DNA of 64,000 nucleotides from positions 3,038 to 67,037 of the forward strand of contig DYGD01000002.1 of assembly GCA_020724885.1 (NCBI GenBank). Direction: 5' to 3'. Position 1 is the first letter of the stretch. Each line of letters starts with the position of its first letter. The notes under the pieces are model-generated. The model worked only from the letters and a program-made list of their open reading frames with translations, did not search any database and was not told where the DNA came from. Of this stretch, positions 50,250-59,558 are shown in pieces. The translations under genes and the position numbers were made by a program. Origin of the DNA: Candidatus Paceibacter sp. (lineage in GTDB: Bacteria; Patescibacteriota; Minisyncoccia; Phycocordibacterales; BOKC01).

Positions 50250-50331
50250 AAGCCAAACTTAAGGCATACCATTTTTTCCGAGCTGGAGTATAACATAAAG
50301 TATCCCAAAATGTCAAATAGAAAAGTTCTAT

Positions 50332-50362
50332 AAAATGTGCAACACCAGGTGTTGCACATTTT
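50332..50362 (-). terminator. Palindrome aaaatgtgcaacacc-a-ggtgttgcacatttt followed by U-rich tract (terminator of 50432..51754; possibly also operator upstream of DGR target)
   Basis: 15-bp arms, perfect. Confidence 0.55.
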
Positions 50363-50431
50363 ATGAATTCGCATGAGCAACGTTTGTAATGGAGATGTTG
50401 CTAAAAATAAAACCTAAGTAATGACTGAAGC

Positions 50432-51754
50432 TTAGTACAGAGTCCGCCAAGCATAGTTATTTGTCGCGTCTTTGGCACAAACAGAAACATTGTCTTTTAC
50501 ACCGGTTGCTCCTTGCTCAAACCAAAAAGTGCCACGGAAAGTCACCGAGCAAGCGGGCCTGGTATTTGCCGGAGGTAAGACCTTTACTCCACCGCTAACC
50601 TCCAACTTGGTCCCCGGATTGGTTGTGCCGATGCCAATATTTCCATTGCTATTTATCATAAACTCCGGGATCTGGCTTTGATCTTGTCTGATAGTAAAAG
50701 AACCCTGGCGAGTGCCGTCATTACTTACTTCCCAATTTCCTTCTCTGTTTACTAGTTTAACCAAAGAATTTTCTTGGACACCTCCAGATTCTATTAAAAT
50801 ACCCGACCAACCATCCGGACGGAAAATATGTAGTTTAAAAACTGGTTGAGTAGTACCTAATCCGACATTACCATTCGGAGCTATTCTTAAATGCTCTGCA
50901 TTATTAGTGCCTAAGCGAAGATAGCCGTTTTCATAATTCCAAATGGTGGCATTTACTTGATTATTGTTTACTCCAACCAACAAACCATCGTTTGCGCCAT
51001 GTCCGGTCACATTGTTAGTAAACAACGCGGAACTTTCACCTGTGCCATCAACAGCGACATGAAGTTTTCTAAAAGGATTTTCTGTGCCAATACCCAGCTG
51101 GCCTTCAAAAGAACTGTTATTATTTAGATACTGCCTAAAACTGCCGACCGAGACAACTCCTTGTCCAAAAGTGCTAATACCAAAAACTCCAGTGCCATGT
51201 TGACTAGACCCCATTATTCCCTTTCCAAACTCGCTAACTCCTTTTATTCCTGCTCCTGCGATAAAAGGGTTTTTACTATATCCATATATAGCAGTAGGAG
51301 TCTCCGGGCCGTTAGGACCATCTACTTCTTCTACCGCAACTACCTCTAATTTTATCGGGAGAGGTGGTGTCCAGTCATCGCCAATATGAACCAGTCCGCC
51401 AAAGTTTTTTAGAAAACTATCCGCCACCCACTTCTTACCATCACACCTGACTGTTTGCCCTAATATTCCAACCGGAAGAGGTGTCTGACCGCACAAACTT
51501 TTCACATCCACCGGGTCCACTCTATTTAACAAGTCATCTTTTTGTTCAATTAAGCGATGGGTATCTGCCTGTGTTTGATTAGATAATTGCGCCGGACGAA
51601 GCAACCTGACATTGGTTACTTGGCCCAAAAAATTTCCCATCAATTCTTGAAATCGCTCTAGCAAAGTCGCTTGTTCAGCTTGATTTTGAGCATTAACCGG
51701 AAGAAAAGGAAGAACCATGCCTAAAACCAAAACTGCCATTAAAAATTTTTTCAT
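50432..51754 (-). CDS. Secreted protein with tail-fibre-like repeats (GxxGIGTTNPxxKLxV) upstream of DGR target
   Basis: Signal peptide MKKFLMAVLVLGMVLPFLPVNAQ; repeats NGNVGLGTTQPVFKLHI and NGNIGIGTTNPGTKLEV. Confidence 0.5.
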   Translation of the reverse strand: MKKFLMAVLVLGMVLPFLPVNAQNQAEQATLLERFQELMGNFLGQVTNVRLLRPAQLSNQTQADTHRLIEQKDDLLNRVDPVDVKSLCGQTPLPVGILGQTVRCDGKKWVADSFLKNFGGLVHIGDDWTPPLPIKLEVVAVEEVDGPNGPETPTAIYGYSKNPFIAGAGIKGVSEFGKGIMGSSQHGTGVFGISTFGQGVVSVGSFRQYLNNNSSFEGQLGIGTENPFRKLHVAVDGTGESSALFTNNVTGHGANDGLLVGVNNNQVNATIWNYENGYLRLGTNNAEHLRIAPNGNVGLGTTQPVFKLHIFRPDGWSGILIESGGVQENSLVKLVNREGNWEVSNDGTRQGSFTIRQDQSQIPEFMINSNGNIGIGTTNPGTKLEVSGGVKVLPPANTRPACSVTFRGTFWFEQGATGVKDNVSVCAKDATNNYAWRTLY

Positions 51755-51799
51755 TAATTTTTATTTAATAAACTAATAAAGAAAGACCTTAAAATTAAA

Positions 51800-53518
51800 C
51801 TACATTTTCTCCGGCACCTCAATCCCCAATAGCCACAATCCATTTTGGAGAGTAATAAAAACCGCTTCGGTTAAGGCAATTTTATAAGGAGAATTTTTGT
51901 CTGTTTTATCCACAATTTTTTCTTTAGCGTAAAAGCCGTTGAACTCGCCGGCCAGCTCAATCAAATATGTAGCCAATTTTTGCGGCGCAAATTCTTTCGC
52001 CGCCTCTTCCACCACTTCCGGAAACTTATAAAGTAATCTTTCTACATTATTTATCTCCGTTGATTCAGAATTGGCAGACGGCTTAATCTTTTCCTGCCCG
52101 GCTTTTTCTAAAACTGATTTGGCGCGCACCGCCGAATACTGCAAGTACGGACCGGAGTCGCCCTCAAACGAGAGCGATTTTTCAAAATCAAAAACAATAT
52201 TTTTGCCCGGCGCTTGTTTTAAAATTGAATACTTGAGCGCGGCAACGGCAACTTTGTCGGCAACATCTTCTTTATTTTCTATCTCACGCTCCGCCATTTT
52301 TTGAAGAGCCAGATTATGAAGCTGATTTAAAAGCTCTTCCCCGCCAATGATGTTGCCGGTCCGCGAAGACATCCGGCCTTCGGAAAGACGCAAGCGACCG
52401 TGAGACAAGTGTTCAATTTTTCCTTTGAGTTTAGGAAAAACAAATTCAGACGCTTTAACAACCACTTTATAATATTCGGACTGCTCAACATCGGTAACAG
52501 TAATGGAACGGTCAAATTTAAAAAACTTGCGCTTCAATTCAATTAACCCTAAATCTTTAGCTTCATAAGTCGGCAGGCCTTCGGAATTTATGAAAACGCG
52601 GGTGTGAAGGCCTGATTTCTCACCAGATAAAATTATTGCATTTTCACTTTTCTCAAACATGCCTTCAGCTAAAAATTTGGCGACCAATTTCCGGCCGACT
52701 TCTCCCGCTTCGCTTTCAAAAAAACTGGCGTCAAATTTGCTACCGAGCCGAGTGTAAATTTTTTTAAAATGACTAAGAGAGAGCTCCAGTCCTTTTTTAT
52801 AAATTTCGTTTATCTCCGGGTCGCTCTGTTCGTAGATTTTTTTGTTTATTTCTACAATTTCTTTTCTAGCTGCCTCATCTGCTTCATAAGCTCTATCCCC
52901 TTCCGCATACGCTTTTCCAAGAATTTCTATCGTAAGCTGTTGACTGCTCGTTGTAGAGGTTGTTGGTTGTAGAGGTTGTTGGTTGATTAATGCCCAAACC
53001 ACCTTGGCAACATGAAGCCCGACATCGCCGTGATAAGTCGCTCTTTTAAGTTTTGGCCCTTCCGCTTCAATAAGGCGAGAAACTGCTTCACCGACAATGT
53101 TGTTTACCAAGTGGCCAATATGAAAAACTTTAAAAGGATTCGGCTGGGTGTATTCAATTATTATTTTCTGTCCAACTAGATTCTTGTTCAAACCAAAATC
53201 TTTTTTCTCTTTTAGAATTTCTTTTGTTGAAGAAATAAAAAAATCTTTTGAAAGATAAAAATTTATAAATCCCGGCCCGGCGATTTCGATTTTTTGCAAA
53301 AAATCGAAATCGCCCTGGGTTCGCCGAAGAATAGACACGATTTTCTCCGCCAACTCTCTTGGGTTTTTGCCTAAATCTTTGGCATATAAAAGCGAAACAT
53401 TGGATGAAAAATCGCCGTGAGAAATTTCGGCCGGGTGCTCAAGCTCCACTTTTGGATTTTCTACCCCAAAATCTTCCAGCGCCCTCTTTATTAAATTTTC
53501 CAATTTTTCTTTAATCAC
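51800..53518 (-). CDS. argS: Arginyl-tRNA synthetase (carries an in-frame repeat insertion QQPLQPTTSTTSSQQ)
   Basis: HIGHLVNNIVGEAVSRL (HIGH) and MSSRTGN (KMSKS-equivalent) motifs. Confidence 0.9.
   Translation of the reverse strand: MIKEKLENLIKRALEDFGVENPKVELEHPAEISHGDFSSNVSLLYAKDLGKNPRELAEKIVSILRRTQGDFDFLQKIEIAGPGFINFYLSKDFFISSTKEILKEKKDFGLNKNLVGQKIIIEYTQPNPFKVFHIGHLVNNIVGEAVSRLIEAEGPKLKRATYHGDVGLHVAKVVWALINQQPLQPTTSTTSSQQLTIEILGKAYAEGDRAYEADEAARKEIVEINKKIYEQSDPEINEIYKKGLELSLSHFKKIYTRLGSKFDASFFESEAGEVGRKLVAKFLAEGMFEKSENAIILSGEKSGLHTRVFINSEGLPTYEAKDLGLIELKRKFFKFDRSITVTDVEQSEYYKVVVKASEFVFPKLKGKIEHLSHGRLRLSEGRMSSRTGNIIGGEELLNQLHNLALQKMAEREIENKEDVADKVAVAALKYSILKQAPGKNIVFDFEKSLSFEGDSGPYLQYSAVRAKSVLEKAGQEKIKPSANSESTEINNVERLLYKFPEVVEEAAKEFAPQKLATYLIELAGEFNGFYAKEKIVDKTDKNSPYKIALTEAVFITLQNGLWLLGIEVPEKM
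52950..52985. repeat. Tandem 18-mer repeat gttgtagaggttgttgg x2 inside argS, shared with intergenic repeat at 32981..33012
   Basis: Exact 18-mer match between the two loci. Confidence 0.75.
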
Positions 53519-53595
53519 TATGAAATTTTAGCACACCAAAAGAAAGGGGCTGGTGCTTCACACCAAACCCCGATGGGAGAGTGTCTGACGACGCT

Positions 53596-53868
53596 TCATC
53601 GCTTTCTTCGGCAACCGCGTCGGGTGCACTGTTGTCCTCGGATGTACCTTTTGCAGTTTTGGAGAAGAATTTCCTCCGGCAAGTCCATCCTGCCGGCGCC
53701 GCCGGCGACTTCAGGTAATGCGCGGTTATACAATCGGCAATCCAGGAGCCAACAGCGAGCGTTCCCCTCCGCTCTCTTGTGAGAGCGAATCAGTTCCCTT
53801 AAGCGCCGGATCTCCTGCCCCCTTTGTCCAGAAGTCATTTTTTTGATATCCGGATCGAGTTTTCCCAC
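53596..53868 (-). CDS. Small basic hypothetical protein in GC-rich island (GTG start after GGAGG)
   Basis: 90-aa ORF, Arg/Lys-rich C-terminus, SD GGAGG 4 nt upstream of GTG; preceded by GTTCCG repeat array 53890..53935. Confidence 0.35.
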   Translation of the reverse strand: MGKLDPDIKKMTSGQRGQEIRRLRELIRSHKRAEGNARCWLLDCRLYNRALPEVAGGAGRMDLPEEILLQNCKRYIRGQQCTRRGCRRKR

Positions 53869-54004
53869 CAGACACCTCCTTCAGTGTGTTGCGTGTTCCG
53901 TGTCCTGTTCCGTGTTCCGTTTCTTGTTCCACTTCTCAATATATCATATTTCGCTTATCTAAAATTATCTAAAAAACCACTTCTACCCAACAAAAATAAC
54001 GAAA

Positions 54005-54828
54005 TAACGACATCGTAAGTCATTATTTTTTAATCTTCCAAAATTAAATCCTTAATATCAAAAATATTCTCTGAGTCAAGCTCTTTCAACCATTCGGCTA
54101 TACCTTTTTTGTAATTTTTTGCTCCACCCCAGAAATCATTTAAAAGATTGCGTTGAGTTACTGAAGGGAAATTTTTATTGTCCATATAATCCAGATGGCT
54201 AGACCAGCGATAACTGTTTAAAAATTTCATAGCTTCGCGGACACTTCTTAATTCTCCGCTTCGCCATTCTTTAAATTTTAGATCAAGTGGATTCAAATGA
54301 ATATAGTATGGTAGATGAATAAAATGAGCATCGTTATTAACAATAATTGACTTATATCTTCCTTCAAATAAGGTGCCCGTTCTTTTATAACGTTCGTTGA
54401 AATACTTAGCGTAGCCGATATTTAATTTTTTCATAAACTGCGAAATGCCTCGCTCTATTCTCGGTCGCAGAAGCAAGTGGTAGTGATTAGGCATCAAACA
54501 AAAAGCAAGAAGATCAACCAGTAATTTTCTCGGTCGCTTTTTCACATTAATATGATGACTTACGATGTTGTTATTTTGAGAAAAGCGGTGAAATGAATTA
54601 TTTACCGGTTGTTGATCGTTAAATTCAAATAAGTCGTGGATAAATCTCATTCGATCACGATCATCCATAAAAATTTTTCGTCGATCAACACCCCGACTCA
54701 AAACATGATAAATCTCGCTCATATCATATTATGACAATTAATCTTTTTTTATTTAAATAATTTGATTTCTTTTAAATTTTAACCAAATTAATAATAACAT
54801 ACCACTACAACAAACATAACGACTTACG
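54005..54828 (-). mobile_element. IS200/IS605-family-like insertion sequence (Y1 HUH transposase plus subterminal palindromic ends)
   Basis: Near-identical imperfect palindromes ataacgacatcgtaagtcattat (54005..54027) and ataacgacttacgatgtcattat (54806..54828; reverse-complement-related) flank the tnpA ORF; element ~0.82 kb. Confidence 0.6.
54030..54722 (-). CDS. tnpA: IS200-like / REP-associated tyrosine (Y1 HUH) transposase
   Basis: N-terminal YHVLSRGVDRRKIF, HUH motif HYHLLL, downstream EGRYKS tyrosine. Confidence 0.7.
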   Translation of the reverse strand: MSEIYHVLSRGVDRRKIFMDDRDRMRFIHDLFEFNDQQPVNNSFHRFSQNNNIVSHHINVKKRPRKLLVDLLAFCLMPNHYHLLLRPRIERGISQFMKKLNIGYAKYFNERYKRTGTLFEGRYKSIIVNNDAHFIHLPYYIHLNPLDLKFKEWRSGELRSVREAMKFLNSYRWSSHLDYMDNKNFPSVTQRNLLNDFWGGAKNYKKGIAEWLKELDSENIFDIKDLILED

Positions 54829-54947
54829 ATGTCATTATATTTGATATTAAAATAGGAGATGTTTTTCTAAGCTTCTATAATCTCCTAATTTTTGTTTTTT
54901 ACTCTAATATCCTCCCCTATTAGCTATTGGATTGAAGTGGTTTAAGC

Positions 54948-55376
54948 TTATTTCCTCCCCGTGCTTCCCCACCGACCCTCGCCACGACTGGATGTAGAGA
55001 GTTCTTCAACTTGCTCAAAAGCAACAATCTCCACCGGACAAACCACCAATTGAGCGATTTTGTCGCCTTTTTCAATTTTGTATGGTTCGGAGCCCAGATT
55101 AACCAAATGAACATTATACTCGCCACGATAACCGGCATCATAAACCCCACCCATGGTTGAAAGACCGGCTTTGGCCATACTGCCTTTATCCCAAATCAAC
55201 GCCGCATATCCTTCCGGAAATTCCATAGCAAACCCGAGAAAAAAAATGTGGTGTTCGCCCGAATTTAAAACTTTGTCTTCCAAAGAATACAAATCCATTC
55301 CTACATCGCCCGGATGAGCATAGGAAGGAAGTTTGGACTCTGGATTTAATATTTTTATTTTAAAAATTTGAGGCAT
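54948..55376 (-). CDS. dut: dUTP diphosphatase (start set at MPQIFKIKIL; ORF extends to 55505)
   Basis: Motifs AGYRGE and RGEGRWGSTG. Confidence 0.85.
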   Translation of the reverse strand: MPQIFKIKILNPESKLPSYAHPGDVGMDLYSLEDKVLNSGEHHIFFLGFAMEFPEGYAALIWDKGSMAKAGLSTMGGVYDAGYRGEYNVHLVNLGSEPYKIEKGDKIAQLVVCPVEIVAFEQVEELSTSSRGEGRWGSTGRK

Positions 55377-55508
55377 AAGTAATTTTGGATATTTGAATAA
55401 GTAAACAAATGAATAACAGAATTTTAACATGGAATGAAAAAGGCGCCCGCGACCGGAGGGGGTCACAGGCGCCGTTGGAGAGAACACAGAGTACGAGCTC
55501 TTCATTCG

Positions 55509-56087
55509 TCAGAAGAAGACGATCACGATAGTTGGTTTTTTGAATCTGCAGGTGTTGTTTGTGGAGTCGGTGCATTCCTGCACCTTCTCGCACCGGAGTC
55601 GTGTACAGCCCATGCTGATCCCATCGTCGCAATCGCATGCGTCTGCGACGATGACATTGGCCTTTCCCTGCGCCATGAAGAACTGCTTGGCCTTCATGGC
55701 GACCAGAGAGCCGTCCACGAAGTGGATGTCAATCCACATCGTGATTCTCCCGCCTTCCAAGCCAACGTCGGCCTCGATTGCGAAGATGTCGCTCGCCTCC
55801 GGATCGGGCGAGATAGCGAGGAAGGTGATGCGGTCGGTTTCGACATTGACCGCCTGCTCGGCAGTCGTGAACTCCACCGAGCCGTAGCCGTTGGAGACGC
55901 TGATCTGGATGCCATCCCAGCTGATGCGGAGACCGCCTTCCAGGTAGAAGAGATCCCCGATGGGGATCTCTTCCTGGATTGTGGAGACGGGAGTCGGCTC
56001 GTCAGAGTAGACCACCTGCCCGCTCACGAGGAGCGGACAGAACATCATGGCGACAACCGCCACCAGAATCGAGAGGACTTGCTTCAT
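55509..56087 (-). CDS. Secreted Cys-rich hypothetical protein in GC-rich island
   Basis: Signal peptide MKQVLSILVAVVAMMFCPLLVSGQ; C-terminal CDCDDGISMGCTRLRCEKVQEC; GC far above background. Confidence 0.45.
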   Translation of the reverse strand: MKQVLSILVAVVAMMFCPLLVSGQVVYSDEPTPVSTIQEEIPIGDLFYLEGGLRISWDGIQISVSNGYGSVEFTTAEQAVNVETDRITFLAISPDPEASDIFAIEADVGLEGGRITMWIDIHFVDGSLVAMKAKQFFMAQGKANVIVADACDCDDGISMGCTRLRCEKVQECTDSTNNTCRFKKPTIVIVFF

Positions 56088-56117
56088 GGTTTTTCACTCC
56101 TTGTGTTTTGTCTTGAC

Positions 56118-57092
56118 TCACTCACGGATGTCCCACTCGTACGTCCGAGTGGTCAGCAGACCGGACTGGTATTTTCCTTTCCGGTTGTGGATTCTGAAGT
56201 TCTCCTTTCCGACCATAAGCCCGGTCTCGGCATCCAGGAAGTAGGTGTTGGCGCCGAAAGACACACCGTGGTGTCCTTCTTCAGCGTCCTCTTCGACATC
56301 GTCGTAGAACAGACAGTAGGCCCTGTAGAGTTTGCGACCACTTGGATCAGTCACCGAGTCCAGTAACTGACCTCGGCTGGCGATGACTTTGGCGATGCTG
56401 TCGGCTTCGCCGTTCTGCCAGATCACCCAGGCCTCGGCGTTGGCGCCACAGGCAGCTGGCAGTCCGACAAGCGCCGGATTGCCCAAGACATTCTCCGCTT
56501 GGTCAATCCATTCCTCGTCGTAGAAATCCGACAAGGGGAACGATCCGGACTGCCAAGTGATTCTATTAGACTGCGAAGTGGAACCGTTCAGGAGATTTTC
56601 CACCGAACCGACCGGCCGACCAGTGTCCTCATCCGCCTTGATGCAGATCACAGAAACCGGTTCATCAGAGATGTCGGGTCGGTAGACCTTCGACTCCAAG
56701 CTTCTTGGTGTTGTAGAGATGAATGAGACGATTCTGATCGAGATGTATGTGCCCTTCTCGCCAGCCGCGAGCGCTTGTTGGCTAGCCACTCGGGCATCTC
56801 TTTCTCCAAATTCTCCGTCTTCAAGACCCATTTCGTAGTAGATGACGTCCTCGGTCATCTTGATCTGTATCTCGTGAGACGAGTTGACCGCCTCACGGAA
56901 CCGCTCCGCGAGAATCTTGGCGTCCATCTCTTCCGTAGAGGTGGCGGCCGGTGGCGCGCTCTGATTGGTCTCCTCATCCTGCTGAGGACCGGTAGGATTA
57001 ACCAACAGAGCAAGCACCGCCAAAACCGCAGAGACCGTTTGTGCTTTCATATATGCTCTCCCTTTTCGAGGTGCAGGCAAACCAACCATCAA
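56118..57092 (-). CDS. Secreted hypothetical protein in GC-rich island
   Basis: Signal peptide MKAQTVSAVLAVLALLVNPTGP; GC-rich. Confidence 0.45.
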   Translation of the reverse strand: MMVGLPAPRKGRAYMKAQTVSAVLAVLALLVNPTGPQQDEETNQSAPPAATSTEEMDAKILAERFREAVNSSHEIQIKMTEDVIYYEMGLEDGEFGERDARVASQQALAAGEKGTYISIRIVSFISTTPRSLESKVYRPDISDEPVSVICIKADEDTGRPVGSVENLLNGSTSQSNRITWQSGSFPLSDFYDEEWIDQAENVLGNPALVGLPAACGANAEAWVIWQNGEADSIAKVIASRGQLLDSVTDPSGRKLYRAYCLFYDDVEEDAEEGHHGVSFGANTYFLDAETGLMVGKENFRIHNRKGKYQSGLLTTRTYEWDIRE

Positions 57093-57197
57093 CCGAAACG
57101 CTCGGTTGCGATTAGTTTTAAGTCCATTTTCAGTATAGGAAGTTGGGGCAGCTTGTCAAGAGGTAGATTCAGGGCTGGGGATTACCGCTTCGAGTTC

Positions 57198-58370
57198 TTA
57201 ATTTCTTAAAATTTTATCAATATGTCGAGCTACCCGAATCATATCCTTCTCCGTCTTGCCACGAGTCGTTTCAGCCGCCGTGCCGAGCCGGATGCCAGAT
57301 GGGTCAATCGGACTTCTGGTGTCAAACGGGATGGTATTTTTGTTGACGATAATTCCGGCTTTTTCAAGTTTGTCGCTCGCAACTTTCCCGCTGATTCCTC
57401 TTCCATCCATCCAAACATCCACCAAAATTAAATGGGAATCAGTGCCACCGGAAATTATCCTCCAGCCCGACCGCGAAAGTTCATTGCTTAAAACTTTTGC
57501 ATTTTTAATAACTTGCTTGGCGTATTTTTTAAATTCGGGCGACATCGCTTCTTTGAGCGCAACAGCCGTCGCCGCGATTTGGTTCAAATGCGGCCCACCC
57601 TGAAGACCCGGAAAAACCGCTTTATCAATTTTTTTATTTAATTCCCTCTCATCAACTTTTGAAAAAATCATTGCTGCGCGGGGGCCACGCAAAGTTTTAT
57701 GAACGGTTGTCGTTACAACATCGGCATACAAAAAAGGCGACGGATAAACTCCGCCGGCAATCAGCCCGGCAATATGAGACATATCCACCATCAAAAACGC
57801 GCCACAACTATTTGCAATTTCTCTGAATTTTTTCCAATCAATTAAACGCGGATACGCGGTAAAACCGGCAACGATGATTTTTGGCTTTTCTTTTTGAGCA
57901 ATCTTTTTTAGTTCATCGTAATCCAAAACTTCCGTATTTTTATCAACTCCGAAAGACACTTGCCGCCAAATTTTACCGGTTGCCGACACCTTATGACCGT
58001 GGGTTAAGTGTCCGCCGTGGTCCAAAGACATTCCCATTATCTTCCCTCCGGTCGGGACAAGAGCCAAATAAACCACTAAATTTGCCGGACTGCCGGAAAG
58101 TGGCTGAACATTAACTGCCCACTCTTCCGGATTTAATCTAAAAAGTTTAAGCGCTCTTTTTTGGGCTAAAATTTCAATTTTGTCTGAAATTTCGTTACCG
58201 CCATAGTAGCGGAAATTCGGATAACCTTCGGCATATTTATTAGTCAATTCGGAGCCGAGAGATTTCAAAACATCTTTTGAAACATAATTCTCGGAAGCAA
58301 TTAAATTTATAACGTTTTTCTGCCTCTTGTTCTCGGCTTTGATGAGTTTTTCTACTTCTTTATCTTGCAT
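57198..58370 (-). CDS. glyA: Serine hydroxymethyltransferase
   Basis: LIASENY and VVTTTVHKTLRGPR (PLP-lysine region) motifs. Confidence 0.9.
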   Translation of the reverse strand: MQDKEVEKLIKAENKRQKNVINLIASENYVSKDVLKSLGSELTNKYAEGYPNFRYYGGNEISDKIEILAQKRALKLFRLNPEEWAVNVQPLSGSPANLVVYLALVPTGGKIMGMSLDHGGHLTHGHKVSATGKIWRQVSFGVDKNTEVLDYDELKKIAQKEKPKIIVAGFTAYPRLIDWKKFREIANSCGAFLMVDMSHIAGLIAGGVYPSPFLYADVVTTTVHKTLRGPRAAMIFSKVDERELNKKIDKAVFPGLQGGPHLNQIAATAVALKEAMSPEFKKYAKQVIKNAKVLSNELSRSGWRIISGGTDSHLILVDVWMDGRGISGKVASDKLEKAGIIVNKNTIPFDTRSPIDPSGIRLGTAAETTRGKTEKDMIRVARHIDKILRN

Positions 58371-58435
58371 CCGAATTATGATAGCACAGCAACAGACACC
58401 CTGCCCCGCCAGAATCCCAGTAAAAGGAGCATTAC

Positions 58436-58645
58436 ATGGGTGAGAAAGATTTGGGAATCTGCACTTGTTCTTGCCATGAAGACGCCAACCGAAGCTGTCG
58501 CCAATGTGAGCAATGTGTGGAATGTCCTTCTTGCGAAACGTTCTTCACAGGACACAAACCCCTTGAGAGGCATCAGGATCCATGCAAAATGGCTCAAAAG
58601 CGATTTTCTCAACATCTCGCCAAGAAAATTCACAGAAAACGCTAG
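58436..58645 (+). CDS. Small Cys-rich (8 Cys) hypothetical protein, probable zinc-ribbon
   Basis: CTCSCH...CRQCEQCVECPSCE; AAAGGAG RBS 8 nt upstream of ATG. Confidence 0.4.
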   Translation: MGEKDLGICTCSCHEDANRSCRQCEQCVECPSCETFFTGHKPLERHQDPCKMAQKRFSQHLAKKIHRKR

Positions 58646-58718
58646 CACGGCACCGACTCAAGCGACCGCTAGACAGGTCACTTTTTTCATATCTAAAATC
58701 TTAGTCAAAAACCACATA

Positions 58719-58752
58719 TTAACAATTTGTCACGGCCGTGTTAAATTGTTAA
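58719..58752. promoter_or_regulatory. 34-nt near-perfect palindrome ttaacaatttgTcacggccgtgTTAaattgttaa upstream of 58870..59391
   Basis: Degenerate copy of the perfect palindrome at 59559..59592. Confidence 0.6.
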
Positions 58753-58869
58753 TATTGTAAAAAATGTTAGAATACTATTAAAAGACAGATAGATTTTGGA
58801 TAGAAATAAAGGAAAGAAACAAAAGAGAAAAAAGAAAAGTAAGAAAATCAAAAAAGTGAAATTAAAATT

Positions 58870-59391
58870 ATGATATACAGAGGAACATTTACCGAGATAC
58901 TTCTTAAAATTTTACTCTACAAAACTCATACTTTTCGACAGGTGGAGGAAATGGTGAGAAGACATCGGCAGTTTGAAGATGTTTCCACCGACTCTATTCG
59001 AAGCACCCTTTCCCGACTTAAAAAGAAAAAGTTGGCGGTAAAAACATCGGCCGGCTGGTCGGCCAGTAATCTGGCTTTGGCTACCTTAGGAAGCAGGAGT
59101 GATTTTAACAAGATTAGCCGTCAGGCGACAAAAAACAATCAGAAAGGAAAATCGAGAGGAAAAGAAGTGGATGAAGACAGAATGATTGTAATGTATGACA
59201 TTCCGGAAAAACTAAGAAGTAAACGTGATCGATTGAGAGACGGATTAAAAATTCTAGGTTTCAAACAAAAGCAGCAAAGTGTCTGGATTGGACCGGCTCC
59301 TTTGCCTCGCGAATTTGTAGAGTTCCTTGGAGAATTAAGAATATTAAAATATATAAACTTTTTTCAGGTTAAGAGTGAAGATATTGTGTAA
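58870..59391 (+). CDS. wHTH + Cas2-like (ferredoxin-fold) domain protein, PaaX-like minimal regulator
   Basis: C-terminal RMIVMYDIPEKLRSKRDRLRDGLKILGFKQKQQSVWIG follows the Cas2 pattern (hVhYDh....RR..h...L...G.R.Q.SV); N-terminal winged-helix-like region. Confidence 0.5.
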   Translation: MIYRGTFTEILLKILLYKTHTFRQVEEMVRRHRQFEDVSTDSIRSTLSRLKKKKLAVKTSAGWSASNLALATLGSRSDFNKISRQATKNNQKGKSRGKEVDEDRMIVMYDIPEKLRSKRDRLRDGLKILGFKQKQQSVWIGPAPLPREFVEFLGELRILKYINFFQVKSEDIV

Positions 59392-59558
59392 GAAAAAGTA
59401 AAAAAACAAAAAGGAGTAAAAAAGTTTCTTATTTAATCCCGCCACAGAATTCTCCATAGCCCGGCCAGTGAGATAGTTTATTTCTTATAAGATTACAATT
59501 CCAATTTGATATTTATTCTCAATCTTTTCTTATCTCATTTCTTATCTCATTCTCAATC

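Noticed and set aside
55434-56366. 310-aa plus-strand ORF rich in D/E/H/R
   Set aside because: Antisense to two minus-strand ORFs that have signal peptides and protein-like composition. Long spurious ORFs are expected on the opposite strand of GC-rich DNA.
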